DNA of 64,000 bases, from the NCBI GenBank assembly GCA_964016885.1, contig OZ024741.1, positions 195,486,001 through 195,550,000 on the forward strand, read 5' to 3'. The position numbers and the translations under genes are program-made. How positions within the stretch are numbered: position 1 is the first letter of the stretch; every line of letters starts with the position of its first letter. Positions 25,505 to 40,352 of this stretch are shown in pieces. The notes below the pieces were generated by a model. The model was not told where the DNA came from. It searched no databases and was given only the letters and a program-made list of their open reading frames with translations. The DNA is from Eledone cirrhosa. Taxonomy: Eukaryota.

Positions 25505-27790
25505 TTATCATTATCATCATCATCATTTTACGTCCGCTTTTCTCTGCTTGCAAGGGTGGGACAGGTACTATTCAGCACAGCATCTCTCCACTTGTCACGG
25601 TCCTTCGTCATCTGCACTGTGAGCTTCAGCGATCTGAGGTCTCCTCTCACCACCTCCGCCCATATTTTTCATGGTCTTCCTCTACTACGTCTTTCTTCAA
25701 CTGGCATTTCTTCACCCATCGGTCATCCTTCGGACACAGTTTCTCTCTCAACACATCCATGCTCGGTCATTCATGCACATTGACATTGCACATCCAACGG
25801 AGCATGCTTGCCTCATTTCTCTCCAGCCATCGCATATCCTCTGCAGTTGCTGCCCACTACAATGCAGCATCGCTCACCTCACACAGGCATCATAAAACCA
25901 GCCTTTCGTATGCAGGGAGAAACCCTTCTTCGTCAGCACAGGAAGCAGCTCCCTAAACTTCTTCCATTACGTCCTTATTCTAGATACTATGGCCTCGGAA
26001 CACCCCCTCCCATGCTAATCTGATCTCCTAGGTACCGAAAGCTATCAACCTCTTCTATAGAACCCACCTGCATTTGAAAAATGTGTCTATCAATGTGACT
26101 TCTACTGTCTAATTTCCCTGTACATCTACTGCATACGTATTTCACCCTACCTGTTAGTTTGCCTGCTATCCCACTACATCACTTGTGTACCCAAGATATG
26201 CATTGTGTGCATTTTATAGAATTTATGCCAGTTCCTTCCTTTTCTATATATCGAACATGGCCATTTCCCTGATGGAATCAGAGTTTTGTCCTCTTTTCTA
26301 CTTATCAAAACTTTTGTCTTAGCTATGTTCACTCTCAGTCCTCTTGATTCCAACTGCTGTTTCCATAGCCAGAATTTATACTCTAGCTCCTCTACTGATT
26401 CTGCTATAAGAATCAGATCGTCAGCATAGAGAAGTTCCCATGGACAGCCAGTCTTAAACTCCTCTGTTATGGCTTGGAGGACTATAATGAACAAGAGCGG
26501 GCTGAGGACCGAATCCTGATGTACTCCTACTTGTATCTGGAATTCCTCACTAAACTCCATTCCTACCCCCACTTTACTGACAACACCTCTGTACAAAGTT
26601 TGCACGGTCCTAACAGGCAATTCCTCAACACCTAGCTTCCTTAGGGACCACCAGATGACAGATCGGGGTACCCTATCAAAGGCCCTCTCTAGGTCAACAA
26701 AAGATAAGTATAGTGGCTTATTCTTCTCTAAGAACCTCTCTTGTAATTGTCTCACTAAGAATAGGGCATCTGTTGTACTTTTCCCAGGCACAAAACCAAA
26801 CTGCATCTCATCTAGTTTGACCCTTTCTCTAATTAGTTGTGCTAACACTCTTTCTGCCACTTTCATAACCTGATCCATCAGTTTTATACCCCTATAATTG
26901 CACCTCTCCAGAGCATCCCCTTTACCTTTGTAGCGATTTATGAGAATACTGCTGCACCAGTCTTTGGGTATGACATTGCCATATATAGCCTGACTGATGA
27001 TGCGTGCAACCAGTTTAGTGCCTACATCCCCTGATGCATTCAGCATTTCAGCAACTATCCCCAACAGTCCAGTGGCCTTACCATTTTTCATTTCCTTAAT
27101 TGCCTCTTGGACCCTATATTCGTCAATCTCAATAGCTGGTCCCTCTGTCGGATCTACTGAGGGTAATTTCTCTCTCTCCCATTCGTTTTCCACATTCATC
27201 AATCTCTCATAATGACATTTCCAGGCCTCCTTTTTCTGATCATTCATGATACTAAGTACATTCCAGGCACATTTATCTCCAACAACATCCTGATTTGCAT
27301 TGACAGACTGCCTTGCAATGTGGAACACCGCACGTCTCTGATCTTCCCATCGCAGAACATTGGCAAACCTCCTACTCTCAGCCTCCCTTAGCGGCTGAAT
27401 ATCCTTCTCTACTCCCACCATTTTCCAAGCATTCTTTTGTCTCTAATGGCCCTTTCTACCGTGCTGTTCCACCACCAGGTCACTCTCTGTCTGGTTGGAG
27501 CTCTGCTCCAGCCACAAGTTTCTTCAGTAGCCTGCAGTAAATTGTCACGTAAGAAATTCCAGTTATCATCTATGTCATACGACTCTAAATCGTCTTCTTT
27601 TTCACCATATACATTTTGAAGGGCTTTCCTAAATTTGTATTTTAGTGAAAGGTCTTTTAGCTTCCAGACCTTTCTTCTCCACACCTTCCTGTATGACTCA
27701 TTCCGTCTCTTGCTTACTGAGATATCACTAATGACTAACCTATGCTGTGGGGTACATTCTTACCCGGGGTATGCCTTGGTATTTGACACC
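25505..27790 (-). mobile_element. RTE-clade LINE, 5'-truncated; RT ORF remnant 26174..27421
   Basis: QFGFVPGKSTTDA, FVDLERAFDRVPR, LSPLLF, LLYADDL, PHD-like insert, (GAT)n tail; a plus-strand 3' end of the same family follows at ~27840-27940. Confidence 0.95.
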
Positions 27791-28619
27791 AGGGCATAGG
27801 TGGTGAGAGCTGATTTGCAAATTATTGAAGGTCACAATGGAGATGACGAAAGAACACAAGTGGAGAGATGCTGTGGAGTAAAAGACCCATCCAACCCATG
27901 CAAGCATGGAAAAGCAGATTTAAAATGATAATAATAATAATTTAGGTTAATATAGACACAACAGACATAATGCAATTCAAATTTATAATTTTCTTGAGAG
28001 TGTTCATTTACAATATCTATATCTGTATTATATTTCTGTTGGTTCCATGTCTAGTCATCATCAAGTGTTTTATATATATGGTTCCAAAACTAGATTCCAA
28101 TTAGAAACATTTATTTGTAACCTATGGTGTAACCCGCACCCCTTTTTTGCCACCTCCCTGTATGGTATTCTGCCTCAGTGATATGCGCAATGACAACATA
28201 CAGTGCTGATCGCAACTATGCTGTGTTCTGTGTAACACATTTGATAGCCCCAGTGGGAGTGCTGTGACTCAGAATAATTATTTAAAATATGATTGCTTGA
28301 AGGAGATGAAGGCTCTTTAATTCAGAGAATATGTCTATGTGGGAGAGTTTATGTCTATGTGGGAGAGAATATATCTATGTGGGAGAGCAATTACTGCAAA
28401 TAAAACATAACTACATGGGACAGATATGTATTTCATAAGCCAGAATGAAGCCTGCTAGGCGAAGAGACCAATGACCCAAAACACAAGAAAATGATTTAGC
28501 CTGGAGCAGATGTGGGCTCTGTAAGCCCTGCAGAAAGCAGCCCTTCTAGGAGCGCAATGAAATAAATTAAGACTGCATGAAGTAGATGTGGGCTCCGTAA
28601 GCTGAAATGTAGACAAACC

Positions 28620-28880
28620 TAGTGTTGGTGATCTAGACTAAACACACCCAGTACACACTCAAAAATGGTTGATGATAAGAAGGGCATCCAGCCATAGAAA
28701 GCTTGCCAATCAAGAGTTGGGAGGACCCTTAAGTCATGTCTTTGACATGATGGCTTCCGTAGTGTTAGTGGTCTACATGACAAATGCACTCAGTACACAC
28801 TGTAAAATGGTTGGTGATAGGAAGGGCATCCAGCCATAGAAAGCTTGTCAAAAAAGGTTTGGGAAGACCCTTCAGTTGTG
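28620..28880 (+). repeat. two tandem copies of an RTE 3'UTR module
   Basis: cagtacacact..aaaatggttg.tgata.gaagggcatccagccatagaaagcttg occurs twice. Confidence 0.7.
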
Positions 28881-29652
28881 TCAAAGACATGACAACCTCT
28901 CCTGTCAAACTTCCTGTTATGTTTATAGTATACAAATTTACTCAAAAGTAACTAAATGCTATAAAACAGCTAATTCGTGCTATTTGTTTCCAGGGTTTTC
29001 CCAGCATTGCTATAAGATTTTTCCCATATTTTCATTCAGCATGGTTGACAACCCTATATGCATGCATACACACATACATATATACACACATACATGTATA
29101 TATACATACAGGCAGAAATATATTCATACATACTGCTGACCTACATAAAACTATTGACAATGCTTATCACATGTAAACAAAATAAAAAAAACTACCTCCC
29201 TTCACCAGCAAGGAGGGAAAAATAAAATAGAAACGGTGTATAGAGACAGTAAAAAGCAGAACTCTTCAATACAAGTTGATCACCCTCAAAGAAGAATTAG
29301 GAGCTGTCAGTGGAGAACTCTGCTGTCAGAGGAGGGTAGCTGAAAGAAAAATGATTCAGCCAAAGCCAAACATCAGCCTATAGAGACATGAGGGGCAAAT
29401 CAATAGATGTCACTGAAGCCCCATCCCAGAAAGACATAGATTCCCCTTGGAGAAAAATATGCAGTTAGGAAAAGAAGTTCAACCATGATGCAGTCTGGGT
29501 GAAAAAAGATCAGAATAAACTAGTTCCTCTACATTACTTCAAAATAATTTTTCCGAAACTAGGTATGTGACGTTTGTCACTACCTTAAAATTCATAGCGA
29601 AAGCCCTTCAAAATGTTTTTGAATAAATATACAGTATATTATTAAATATACA

Positions 29653-29810
29653 CGGACGCCATGCTTTCCAGCATAGTTACGTCCCTTTACGATCTGAGTT
29701 CAAATCCCGCCGAGGTTGACTTTGCCTTTCATCCTTACGGGGTCGATAAAATAAATTACCAGTAATGCACTGGGTAATTGCTGGCCTTGTGCTTAAAGTA
29801 GAAACAATTA
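29653..29810 (+). mobile_element. tRNA-derived SINE
   Basis: same core as 13016-13200. Confidence 0.9.
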
Positions 29811-30044
29811 TTAAATATACAATACGTCCAGGTTTGTCAAATTATCCTGAGTTGGTTTTCTCGTTGCTTTGGTCTTTGTGGCTGGCTCACTGGTGCGCAG
29901 TCTTCAATTTGTCAAGCTTTCTAAACGTATGTTATTACTCTAAGGTGACACTACCTTATCGAGTGCTTAGCTGTACATTCCGGATTGCATATCGTTAGCT
30001 TGGCCACAGCCAGAGCTTTGATTTTACCGAACTTCCATTTGTAT

Positions 30045-30110
<66 letters not shown>

Positions 30111-31040
30111 GGGATAACAAATTATTGTTATAAGTAGTCCACTTAGATGTAGTCCAGATAGGGTACTCCGAGTAGTGGATAGTATTAAAGCTTGGCTAAG
30201 TTTGACTCAACAAGACATTTCCACTTGGAGTAATAATAAATCAAGAAAGAAGAGTGACATGGTTTGCTATACAATAAGGGCTTTATTCACATTGGTGACA
30301 ATTGCTTCTCTGAACTGGTAGGTCTAGAGATCGCAACCCGCCTGTTTTTGCGCCAATCGATCACCAATACTTTGTTATGACAAGTCTATTCATCAGAGCA
30401 TGTGAGATTGAAGGATATACACAGGCATGGCTTCTATATATAGTAGTGGCATTAAATCAGAACAGTAATAACAATATTCAAATAAATTAGCTAGATAGTA
30501 AATAGTTAAAACAATCACAACATCAATCTAAGTAAGAAATAGAGTATACTGATGACTTTAGCATGTAAAACGAACTGATACGAAACAGATGTATGAAATT
30601 GACATGTGAAAGCTGTCATGGGGTACACTATATATAGTGTAGAGATAACCTGGGGCTTGAAATAATGGACCATTTACTTTACTGTAGGTTTGCTGACCGT
30701 AAGTTGGAGATTTATTTATTATCTGACAGATAAAATATTTTCATTGTAGTGAGGATGGTAATTTTTAGGTGGTATAAAGTGGATTCGTTATTTAAGTGGT
30801 CTATATTAGATGTAGGGATTGTTAGTTCGAATCATGGGGTCTGTTTAACTTTCACAGCATCAATAACAAATTGTGCATGAATAAGACAACAATAACAACA
30901 ATAGAGGCAATAAGGTAATACAGAGGTTAAGAAAGCAAGGTATATATAGAGAACATGATGAATACTATTACGGATACATTGGGGTGTTCATTATAACAAC
31001 AGGAGGAAAGTGATATTTCAAGGACTGTGGTAGTAGTCAA

Positions 31041-31808
31041 ATAATTGTTTCTGCTTTAGGCACAAGGCCAGCAAATACCCAGTGCATTACTGGTACTTTA
31101 TTTTATCGACCCCGTAAGGATGAAAGACAAAGTCAACCTCGGCGGGATTTGAACTCAGATCGTAAAGGGACGTAGTCAAATAATGTACTTAGAATTAAGT
31201 TCATCTGTTGAAAATCATGAGTGTTAATGTGAGGAGGTGGTGTTGACAGCGGCCGAGAAGAGATATATTTATGGGTTGATAAGATGTTGTTGTTGTTCCT
31301 CTTGATGTTCATTTCATTCTGATGCTGCTGCTGCTGCAGACAAACCGTAGGTTAACCAAAGTGAGCACTCGATGCGTAATTTCCAGTAAGTATATTGGTG
31401 TTGTACTAAGCAAAGTTTAATACTACTAATAGTTATTTCTACTTTTGGCACAAGGTCAGCAATTACCCAGTACATTACTGGTACTTTATTTTATCGACCC
31501 CGTAAGGCAAAGTTAATCTCGGCAGGATTTGAATTCAGACCGTAAAGGGACGTAACTATGCTAGAAAGCATGGCGTCCGGCCCTCTACCGATACTGCCAA
31601 TTCACCGCCAAAATACTAATAATAATTGTTGCTACTTTAGGCACAAGGCCAGCAATTACCCAGTGCATTACTGGTACTTTATTTTATCGACCCCGTAAGG
31701 ATGAAAGGCAAAGTCAACCTCGGCGGGATTTGAACTCAGATCGTAAAGGGACGTAACTATGCTGGAAAGCATGGCGTCCGACCCTCTACCGATACTGCCA
31801 ATCCACCG
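31041..31808 (-). mobile_element. three SINE copies (31041-31173, 31432-31610, 31622-31808)
   Basis: reverse complement of the SINE core; the last two are near full length and tandem. Confidence 0.9.
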
Positions 31809-31811
31809 AAT

Positions 31812-31960
31812 AATAATAAAAAGGATGAAGTGTTAGATATTCATTACGTTCATTGAGGTGTAACACGCGTTTCGCGATTGATCAGTTCAAGGTTTAAAAT
31901 ACATGTCACACCTCAATAAATGTAATGAAGATCTAGCACTTTGTCCTTTTTATTATTATT
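31812..31960. mobile_element. palindromic MITE-like element (copy 1)
   Basis: aataaaaaggatgaagtgttagatattcattacgttcattgag / ctcaataaatgtaatgaagatctagcactttgtcctttttatt; relative at 40353-40470. Confidence 0.7.
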
Positions 31961-31967
31961 AATATAC

Positions 31968-32420
<453 letters not shown>

Positions 32421-32641
32421 AATATATATATATATATATATATATGAGGGTGTTAAAGTTTGCTTGAAGCATTGTGAAATGTGTAAAATATGTAGTTTAG
32501 AAAGCCACAACAATGCAGATGGGAAATCTCGAGGTAAGAAGTGAGTGAGAAATAGGAGAAAAGTGAAAATGAAAATGAAAACAAAACAAAGGTAGAAGGG
32601 TTACCGTAGTGGTAATATGTATGTATACACACATGCGTATA

Positions 32642-33590
32642 TCTATCTATAATACTTATAAAAAGAAAGTTTGTTTGTACGTAGACTCCTAATAACACTA
32701 AATAAAATTTATAACAATTTCGTGAGTTTTCAGCTAATATGACCTCCGATATGCTCAATTTTTCTCTTTAAAACGGAATGAGGGGAACCCTCGGATTTTC
32801 CCAGCCTCGGAGATTTCTTCAGTTTGAATAACAGAGACGGGAAGGGAGAGGGACATTCAGAGTTATGGATAAGCACCTCTCAGCTGTTTAAATTTATAGA
32901 AAAACAATCCCTTGATACCGAAGGATGTTTTGATCCTTCATCATTTTGTACATTTTGCATTGTAAGCTTAATTAATTAAGTGTTCCCCAATTTACAAATC
33001 CGCCATTTCAATGAGGAGTGGATGTGTGAAAGAGCAATCCTTGCTCCCAAAACATCACAGTGAATTTCATCAACAAAATCTCTCACAAATGATCCCTGGA
33101 GGTAGCCAAACCTATAAATCTATTGAACTGTCCGGTATGCTGTCTTGACTTGAAGAAAAGCGCAGTCACCCTGCTTCTCAGAAACTTGAATCAGCCAAGA
33201 TTGTGCAATGGGACGTGTATGGTTGTGACTGAACTACAGTCTCATATTTCGAATCCAAAATCCTTACTAGGTGTGATGAGGGAGACATCGCATTTATACC
33301 TAGAATGCCACTAATACCAACAGATGTGCCCTTTCGTTTCAAATGATTGGAATTCCCAGTGAGAGCCAATTACGCAATGACCATTAACAAGTCCCAAGAT
33401 CAAACTCTGGAGGTTGTTGGTCTCCATCTAGAAGAGGGCTGTTTCTCACATGGTCCATTATATGTAGGTTATTCCAGACTAGGAAGACCCCAGCAAATGC
33501 TTCATGTTTGCTCCAAAGAAGAAAGTTTAAAATGCTGAAGATATTAAAGTTCTGTAAATGTTTTATGTTTGTAGAATACATTTATCTTAA
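32642..33590 (+). mobile_element. Helitron relic (5' TC end and PIF1 helicase C-terminus)
   Basis: a|tctatctataatacttataaaaag start; LLRNLNQPRLCNGT; [32 protein letters not shown]. Confidence 0.85.
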
Positions 33591-34256
33591 TATCTCTTTG
33601 CATATGATGTTCCTTGACACAGTTTTATTACCTTGTCTACTTTGCTTATCAGTGTTCAATACTTTAATTTTTACATCTGACTCTCTGCATACTCTTGAAA
33701 AGTTAACATAAATAGCTAAATACTGGCTCAGGAAGGAACATACCCACTTTATTCTATTTTTGACACTGGCTCTTGTTGATGGTCATAGCATATAACACTC
33801 TTACTGGAAACTAGGCCCTTTCCAAAGTAAAAGGGATGTTGGGATCATTGGGGGCTAACTTCAGTCTTGGGATCAAAACAAGTTCCCCCATTAAAGGACC
33901 ATTGATATGAGAAGTTTTGATAAAATGTTGATGCATTCCCACTACTTCTAATCTTATGCCATTGCATAATCCGTTCTGGATTCAAATATTCTGTTGAAGC
34001 ATTATTATTGATCCTGTTTTCAATTGGAGTTTGTGAGGCAGCATACCAGAATATGTAAGTGCAGAAATTCAGTAGAATATCTGTCCGCCTCTGTAGGCTC
34101 ATCAGCGAACACTCTATCGATACTGTAATAAGTATGGCTGTTACTGGGTAGTTGTCTGAGAATCTCTTTTTGGCAGAAAAGCTCTATCTACACCAATATT
34201 TCATATTGGTGTAGATAGGATCTGAAAGAGATGATGTGTTAAGGCTGCGTGTTTGA

Positions 34257-34640
34257 TGTTGGTAGCCCATGCGGAAGGATAAGAGAGGAAAACGCCGCGA
34301 GGATATATAACAAAGGATTTATTTTTTCTTAAAATATTACAATAAGGTGCTAGGCGCCGTTGTGGCATATATCTAGGTAAGATGTTGCTGAGCCCTTGCC
34401 GAGAGGACCAAAGTTCCTTGGTAAATGATTCATCTTGCCAGTTGCTCCGGGGAATGGATTTAGTAACGTACTGCTTGTCCGAAGAAGCTGCAACTGTTAA
34501 GTAAAAAAAAAAACGCGAATTTTTTAGCTGGACAGAAGTAAGTACCTGATATTTCTACGCTGCCGACTTGCCGGCCTGGCGAGTGACCAAGCGCAACCCA
34601 ATTGTTCCTTCCGCAATAAGTAGTGCCTTTGCTTACTACA
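34257..34640 (-). mobile_element. possible solo LTR
   Basis: TGT...ACA ends with weak TIR, AATAAA on minus near 34320, GC richer than flanks. Confidence 0.35.
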
Positions 34641-34739
34641 TTTTCATTGATTAATAGGTAATCAGCATTCCTGGCAGATAAAATTGCACGCGTTCTTTTC
34701 TCGTTTTGTGTTGTTTCTCTGAAAGTTTGTTTCACTAAA

Positions 34740-36240
34740 CAGTCATTTACACATTATAATGGAAGCACTTCGATATCATCTTCATTCATATTCAGTCCTT
34801 CAATTGGAGGTGTTGTTCCATTACCAAGATGTAGCAGCCACTTCACAAACTCTGATATTCTCTTACTCTGACATTATTGCTTAATCTAAACTGTTAAAAG
34901 AAGTACCACAGATGAGAGATTTTAAGGCATATTTCTAATGTGGCTTCACAAGTCCTCCTTGGTAATATTGGCAGCAGTTGCCTGAAATCACCTCCCAAAA
35001 GCAAAACCTTTCCTCTAAACACTTCATTGGCACTAGTGATGTTTTGAAGGCACTTGTGAATGGCATGAATTGCATAAGAAGGAATCATAGAAACCTCATT
35101 CAGTGTTATGAGATCCAAGTTCCATAAGTAATTGGCATAGGCAGATGAGCCAAACACATTACACACACTGGTCTCTGTTAGTGGAACATGTAGTTTAAAT
35201 AAACTGTGCACAGTTCTACCTCACAGCAGCAGAGTAGATATTATACCGGTCCAAGTACCACAACATACCTGATAGTTATTCATCTGGAGGTGAAAAATCA
35301 ATCTATTGAACAGGTATGTTTTGCCACACCCTCCAGGTACATCTACATAGACGCAGGAATGTGCAGGCCTTTCACTTTTTCTTCTCAGTTGAACAGCATC
35401 AATTATAGCATCAGCAATCACTCATTGCTTCTCAGTAAGAGTATCAATATCAGGATGGTTGATGTCAACTTGGAACTCAGGTTCAAATATTTCAATGTGT
35501 TGAGGTAGGCCCAGTCATACACATTTAGTATCATTTTCAATCAATATTGTGTTAATGTAACCATGTGCCATATTTTTAGCTTACTGGCCATTTATCTCTT
35601 CATACAAATAGTCCTCAATCATTGATTCCTAATGTGTGTTCCACAATTTCAGTGCATTTGCTGGCACAGAATAAACACACAGAGCAGCAAACATCATACG
35701 AAGCTGTTTTGGCATGTGGTAGGTAGCAGCTTCCTGCAGAGCTTGGCTGAAATAGTCATAATTTTCTATAAGACCAAGTCGCAAGCAGGCCTCTTTGAAG
35801 GTTAGAAATGTTTCTCCCTCCAATGTTCATAGTTCTTCAAAACTCTTAGCCTGGTATATGAAGTAACAATATTCTTAAATAAAATATTTTAACAACTCTA
35901 GGGCTGACTGTGTACATTCTACTAATGATGTTATCCTTCCTTCTTCTTGACATCCATTTTCTGTTGGTTTCATTGAACACATAGTGTTCTAGATATAGGT
36001 ATTTGCTTACATTTTTGTCTTCTTCGTTTAGCTTGAACCAGGCAGTATGTCTCTGTGTCCTTGTGTTTCTACCATGACCTCTTTGAAAGTAAATTCTGTT
36101 GGTTCTTCTTCAGGTGTATAGCTAGCCTGTACACTATATGTGATGTACTGTGAAGACACATACCTGCAACCAAGATAGTTTCTTATTTCATCATGGTTGT
36201 GTTGGTTCTGAGGATCATTAGGTAATGCATTATTCGTTAC
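34740..36240 (-). mobile_element. Helitron Rep/helicase central fragment
   Basis: TFKEACLRLGLIE, PKQLRMMFA, Walker A PGGCGKTYL, GKVLLLGGDFRQLLPI. Confidence 0.9.
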
Positions 36241-36779
36241 TTCTATCCCTTGTAAACATATTTAAAGATTCGTAGGATAATGGGAAAAACTCAGTGTAAG
36301 GAAGCTGTTAAAACAGCAAAATGCCGTCTATAACGGATAAGTTGTATTCTTTGTATGGTAGTTTTGATGAAAAGAATAATGCCATGATTGAGTTGTTAAC
36401 AATGTTTATTTTACAATAACAATATTCGATTTTCACATCGAGCAATATTATTTATGACATAAACCGTCGCTACATTAAATTGTTAGCTCTACGAGCCAAC
36501 GTGAATCCATGTATCAGAGAAGACGATATAGCATATAAGTTGTATTGTGTCTTGCAGATACAATATGGCAGGAAAGTTAGGATGAGAGTATAATATAACA
36601 ATATGAACTTACTATGCGTGTGTGTGTGCCTATTCTTAGAATATCTTATTCTCATAGTAGTAATAGTCAATCTGTCAGGCAGGCATGGCTGGCTGTCTGG
36701 CTGTTTCGATGGCCGAGAAAGTAAGCCAGTAAGGGCCAGGAGAAAGATAGAGTGAAAGTTCTGCTAATGCCTACAACGT

Positions 36780-38650
36780 TATCTTGTTGACTGCCGCTTC
36801 GAGTCTGCCCCTTTGGGTTCCTTAACTCCTTGTATTTATAATAAGTGCTTAAAGTTAGAAGGATGGATATATGAGGTTGATCAGCCCTGTGGTTATCGTC
36901 TCCCAAGAGGTTGGGGTCACAGGTCAAATGGAATGTACATTTATCATCGTTGTCTTGACAAGACAATGGTGAGAACCTCCAACGATAGATTGTCCCAGAG
37001 GCGTGAAAGCTCAGATTCGGTTTCGAATCTTCGCCGGTAAAACATAGGAGTATTCCTTTATACGTCAATGACGGCATCGGGTAAAAGACACGAGGAAATC
37101 TTCCAAGAAAAATGCAGCGACGAGGAAAACGAGAAAAAAACACGAGTTTTGTTGAGAAAGTTGGTACCAGTCGAACATGAAAAATACTGCAACTACATAC
37201 TACCGAAGAGTTTTCATTTACAGACTGATCACCGTTACAACTCTAGGGCACTATTTTATTAAATTATGATTTTAAGATGGAGTAACTACCATCCAAATAA
37301 TTAGGACACGCTGATCGTCTCTCATGATTGATACCTAAAAATAGTGAACCGTTTGAAGACACAGTGATCACGGCATTAAGAGCTGAAAAGGAAATAAAAA
37401 GTATATTGTGTAACGTAGTACGGGAATTACCTGTTACCTTCGAAGAAATAAAATTAAAACCGGAAGATGTTTTTATTACGAAAATAAAAAGATTACTGAG
37501 AGCAGAAAAAAAAAGTGAAAATATGCGGTTTGCAGAACTCAGATTCAAACTCGTACGCAATTTATGACAATGTACTGATGTATGCACAAAGAGTAGTAAT
37601 GCTGGTCATACTACGAACGTGAATATTAAAACAATTTCACATTGGTCATCCGGTAATTTCAAGAATGAAAAATCTTATGAGAAGTTATGTATACTGGCCC
37701 AAATTGGACCAAGAGATTGAAAAGTTGCTAAAATACTGCAGAAGTTGTGCTCTAGCAGCAAAATCGCCTACAACAAAATGTCAACCTTGGCCAAAGACGG
37801 ATATTCCAATGTCCAGACTACATATAGATTTCCACTAAACGGTCCACTAAACTATCTTGTAGTGGTAGATAGCTTTACTAAGTGGCCTGAAATCTGTAAG
37901 TGTAAAAAAAAACCAACCTCCTCGGTTACAGTAAGTTTTTTACACGAATTGTTTGCAAAATATCGTATTCCTGATACCATAGTTTCTGGTAATGGGACAC
38001 AAGTCACTGTGTATTCACTGTGTAAAATGTTCTCTATTGAACATGTTACCACTCCGCCGTACCATCCAAGGTCAAATGGACATGCGGAACGGTTTGTGGA
38101 TACATTTAAGAGGGCCGTGAAGAAAGCAAACAATGAAATAGTAGATGATTTAGCACTTCAAGAATTCTTAAGGGTATACGCATTACGCCGAATCCTAATA
38201 CCCCTGCAGGCATGGCACCTGCCGAATTGATGTTCGCAAGGAAAAGTAAGTCGGTGTTTGACAAATTGTTACCGGGTTGAAAAAGAAAAATATAGGATAA
38301 CAAAAATAATACATTTTTCAAAATTGGCGACAAAGTGTATTTTAGAAAAATGGTTAAAAACATGTGAGAAGACGGCGTGATAAGTAAACACATTGGAAAC
38401 ATGTTGTATATGGTAAAAGGTCAGAAATGGGAACACAAGAGACATAAAATAGTTTTAAAAAAGGTTTACTGAAGAAAGTGTCATGAGAAGTGAAGGTTTT
38501 TTATGAAATTTTCGATGTGCCAACTCCCCCAAAGAAATTGTTGAACTTACACGTACGAGGAAAAGGAAACGTACAGAATTATTAGAAGTGGATCCAAAAC
38601 GTAAAAACTATTAAGCTTCGGATGGGGTTAAGTTCTCAAAAAGGGAGAGG
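36780..38650 (+). mobile_element. Gypsy (Mag/K02A2.6-like) LTR retrotransposon relic, PR-RT mostly deleted
   Basis: gag-like KTRVLLRKL..EHEKYCNYILP; RNase H end; integrase HIGHP..RMKNLMRSYVYWP, YLVVVDSFTKWPE, PPYHPRSNGHAERFV; polypurine tract aaaaagggagagg near 38638. Confidence 0.85.
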
Positions 38651-38923
38651 TGGAGTGAAAACTGAAAAAAAATATATATATATATCCACACATCTGAGGA
38701 AGAGGAATCTCAAAGAAGGAGATGTTGTGGGGGGTTGGTGGACTAGGTGAAAAGCCTATAAAGGAGAGCTGAAGTGAACGTACAGAGCGTCGCTGATAGT
38801 TCGGATTTACGCCTAGCGAATACCTTGGTTGTTACCCTCGTTTCGTACAGGTATACAAAACAGGTGTCACGCCATGATAACAGTCTGTCTATCTATTTTA
38901 CTACTATAAATGCTTAATATATA

Positions 38924-40262
38924 CTAGTGGCCTCCCAGCTTTCACCCCAGTCTGTACTGTGCTCCAATCTATTTATAAGTCACCTATTGGAATCTATTGT
39001 AATGCCGATTTTCCTTCAAATAAAAGATGTTAAAAGCTATTTGAATATTGTATAACATAATTTTAAAAAATTATTTAGAATATCTAAATACAGAAAATAA
39101 TAGAAAAATGTATTGTACGAAAATTATAAAACATTTGCAGAACTTCAGTATATACAACGTTTTTAACTTTTATATTTGAAATATTTATGAAGAGTTTGTG
39201 GAGGTCTTCCTAGTCTGGAATAACCTACATACAGTGGACCATGTGAGAAACAGCCCTCTTCTACATGGAGACCAACAACCTGCAGTGTTTGACCTTGAGA
39301 CTTGTTAATGGTCATTGCGTAATTGGCTCTCACTGGGAATTGCAATCATTTGAAACGAAAGGGGACATCTGTTGGTATTAGCAGCATTCTAGGTATAAAT
39401 GCGATGTCTCCCTTACCACATCCAGTGAGAATTTTGGCTTCGGTAATGTGAGGCTGCAGTTTAGTCACAACCATACTCGTCCCATTGCACAATCTTGGCT
39501 CATCCAGGTTTCTGAGAAGCATGATGACTGTGCTCTGCTTCAATTCAAGATTGTGTGGGAGCATACTGGACAGTTCCAGGCCGTTAAGAAATTCAACGGG
39601 ATAATTAACAGCTTCGACCTCGTCGACAACTTTGTCGATAAATATATAGGGCTCATTTATGAGATATTTTGTTGACAGCATTCCATGGATGTTTTGTGGG
39701 GAAAATATTGCTCTTCATTGGTATGGTGGATTTGTAAATTGGGGAACACTTAAATAATTAAGCTTACAATGCTTTTCACAACAGTACAAAAGGATGAAGG
39801 ATCAAAACATCCTTAGGTATCAAGGGATTGTTTTTCTATAAATTTAAACAGCTGAGAGGTGCTTATCCATAACTCTGAGTGTCCCCCTCCTTTCCCGTCT
39901 CTGTTATTTGCACTGAAAAAATCTCCGAGGCTGGGAAAATCCGAGGGTTCCCCTCATGCCCCTCCGCCCCCACTCCGTTTTTGGAAAAGGAGATGATTGC
40001 AAACATGTCTGAGATCGAATTAGTTGAAAACACAAAAACATTTCAAAGCAAATAGACCGAAACGTTTTGCTCTGAGAGTTCCATATACTCTGAGAAAGGG
40101 GATTTTAAGTCCCGAACTATTAGGACAAAAGAAATAATAAAAAAGATAATAATGATAAATACTAGCAAACTAACGTTTTCGTTGCCTTCATTTTACTTTC
40201 TACATTATATACTATACACAATGCTTCAAGCAAACTACAACATTCTAATATATATATATAGA
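38924..40262 (-). mobile_element. Helitron, internally deleted, with helicase C-terminus
   Basis: CTAG 3' end at 38924; [35 protein letters not shown]; inverted homology to 32770-33590. Confidence 0.85.
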
Positions 40263-40352
40263 TAGGGGGTGTAACGTGCAGTTCACCTGAGTGAGCATTC
40301 GATGCGTAGTTTCCCGTCTGTTACGAAGTGTAGAACTACACAGAGTGTAAAT

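Noticed and set aside
30260-30400. Minus-strand CTGATGA followed by a long hairpin
   Set aside because: No GAAA/stem III found in register
34067-34110. Minus-strand CTGATGA with gcct/aggc hairpin
   Set aside because: GAAA replaced by GGAC and no valid cleavage triplet; at best a relic
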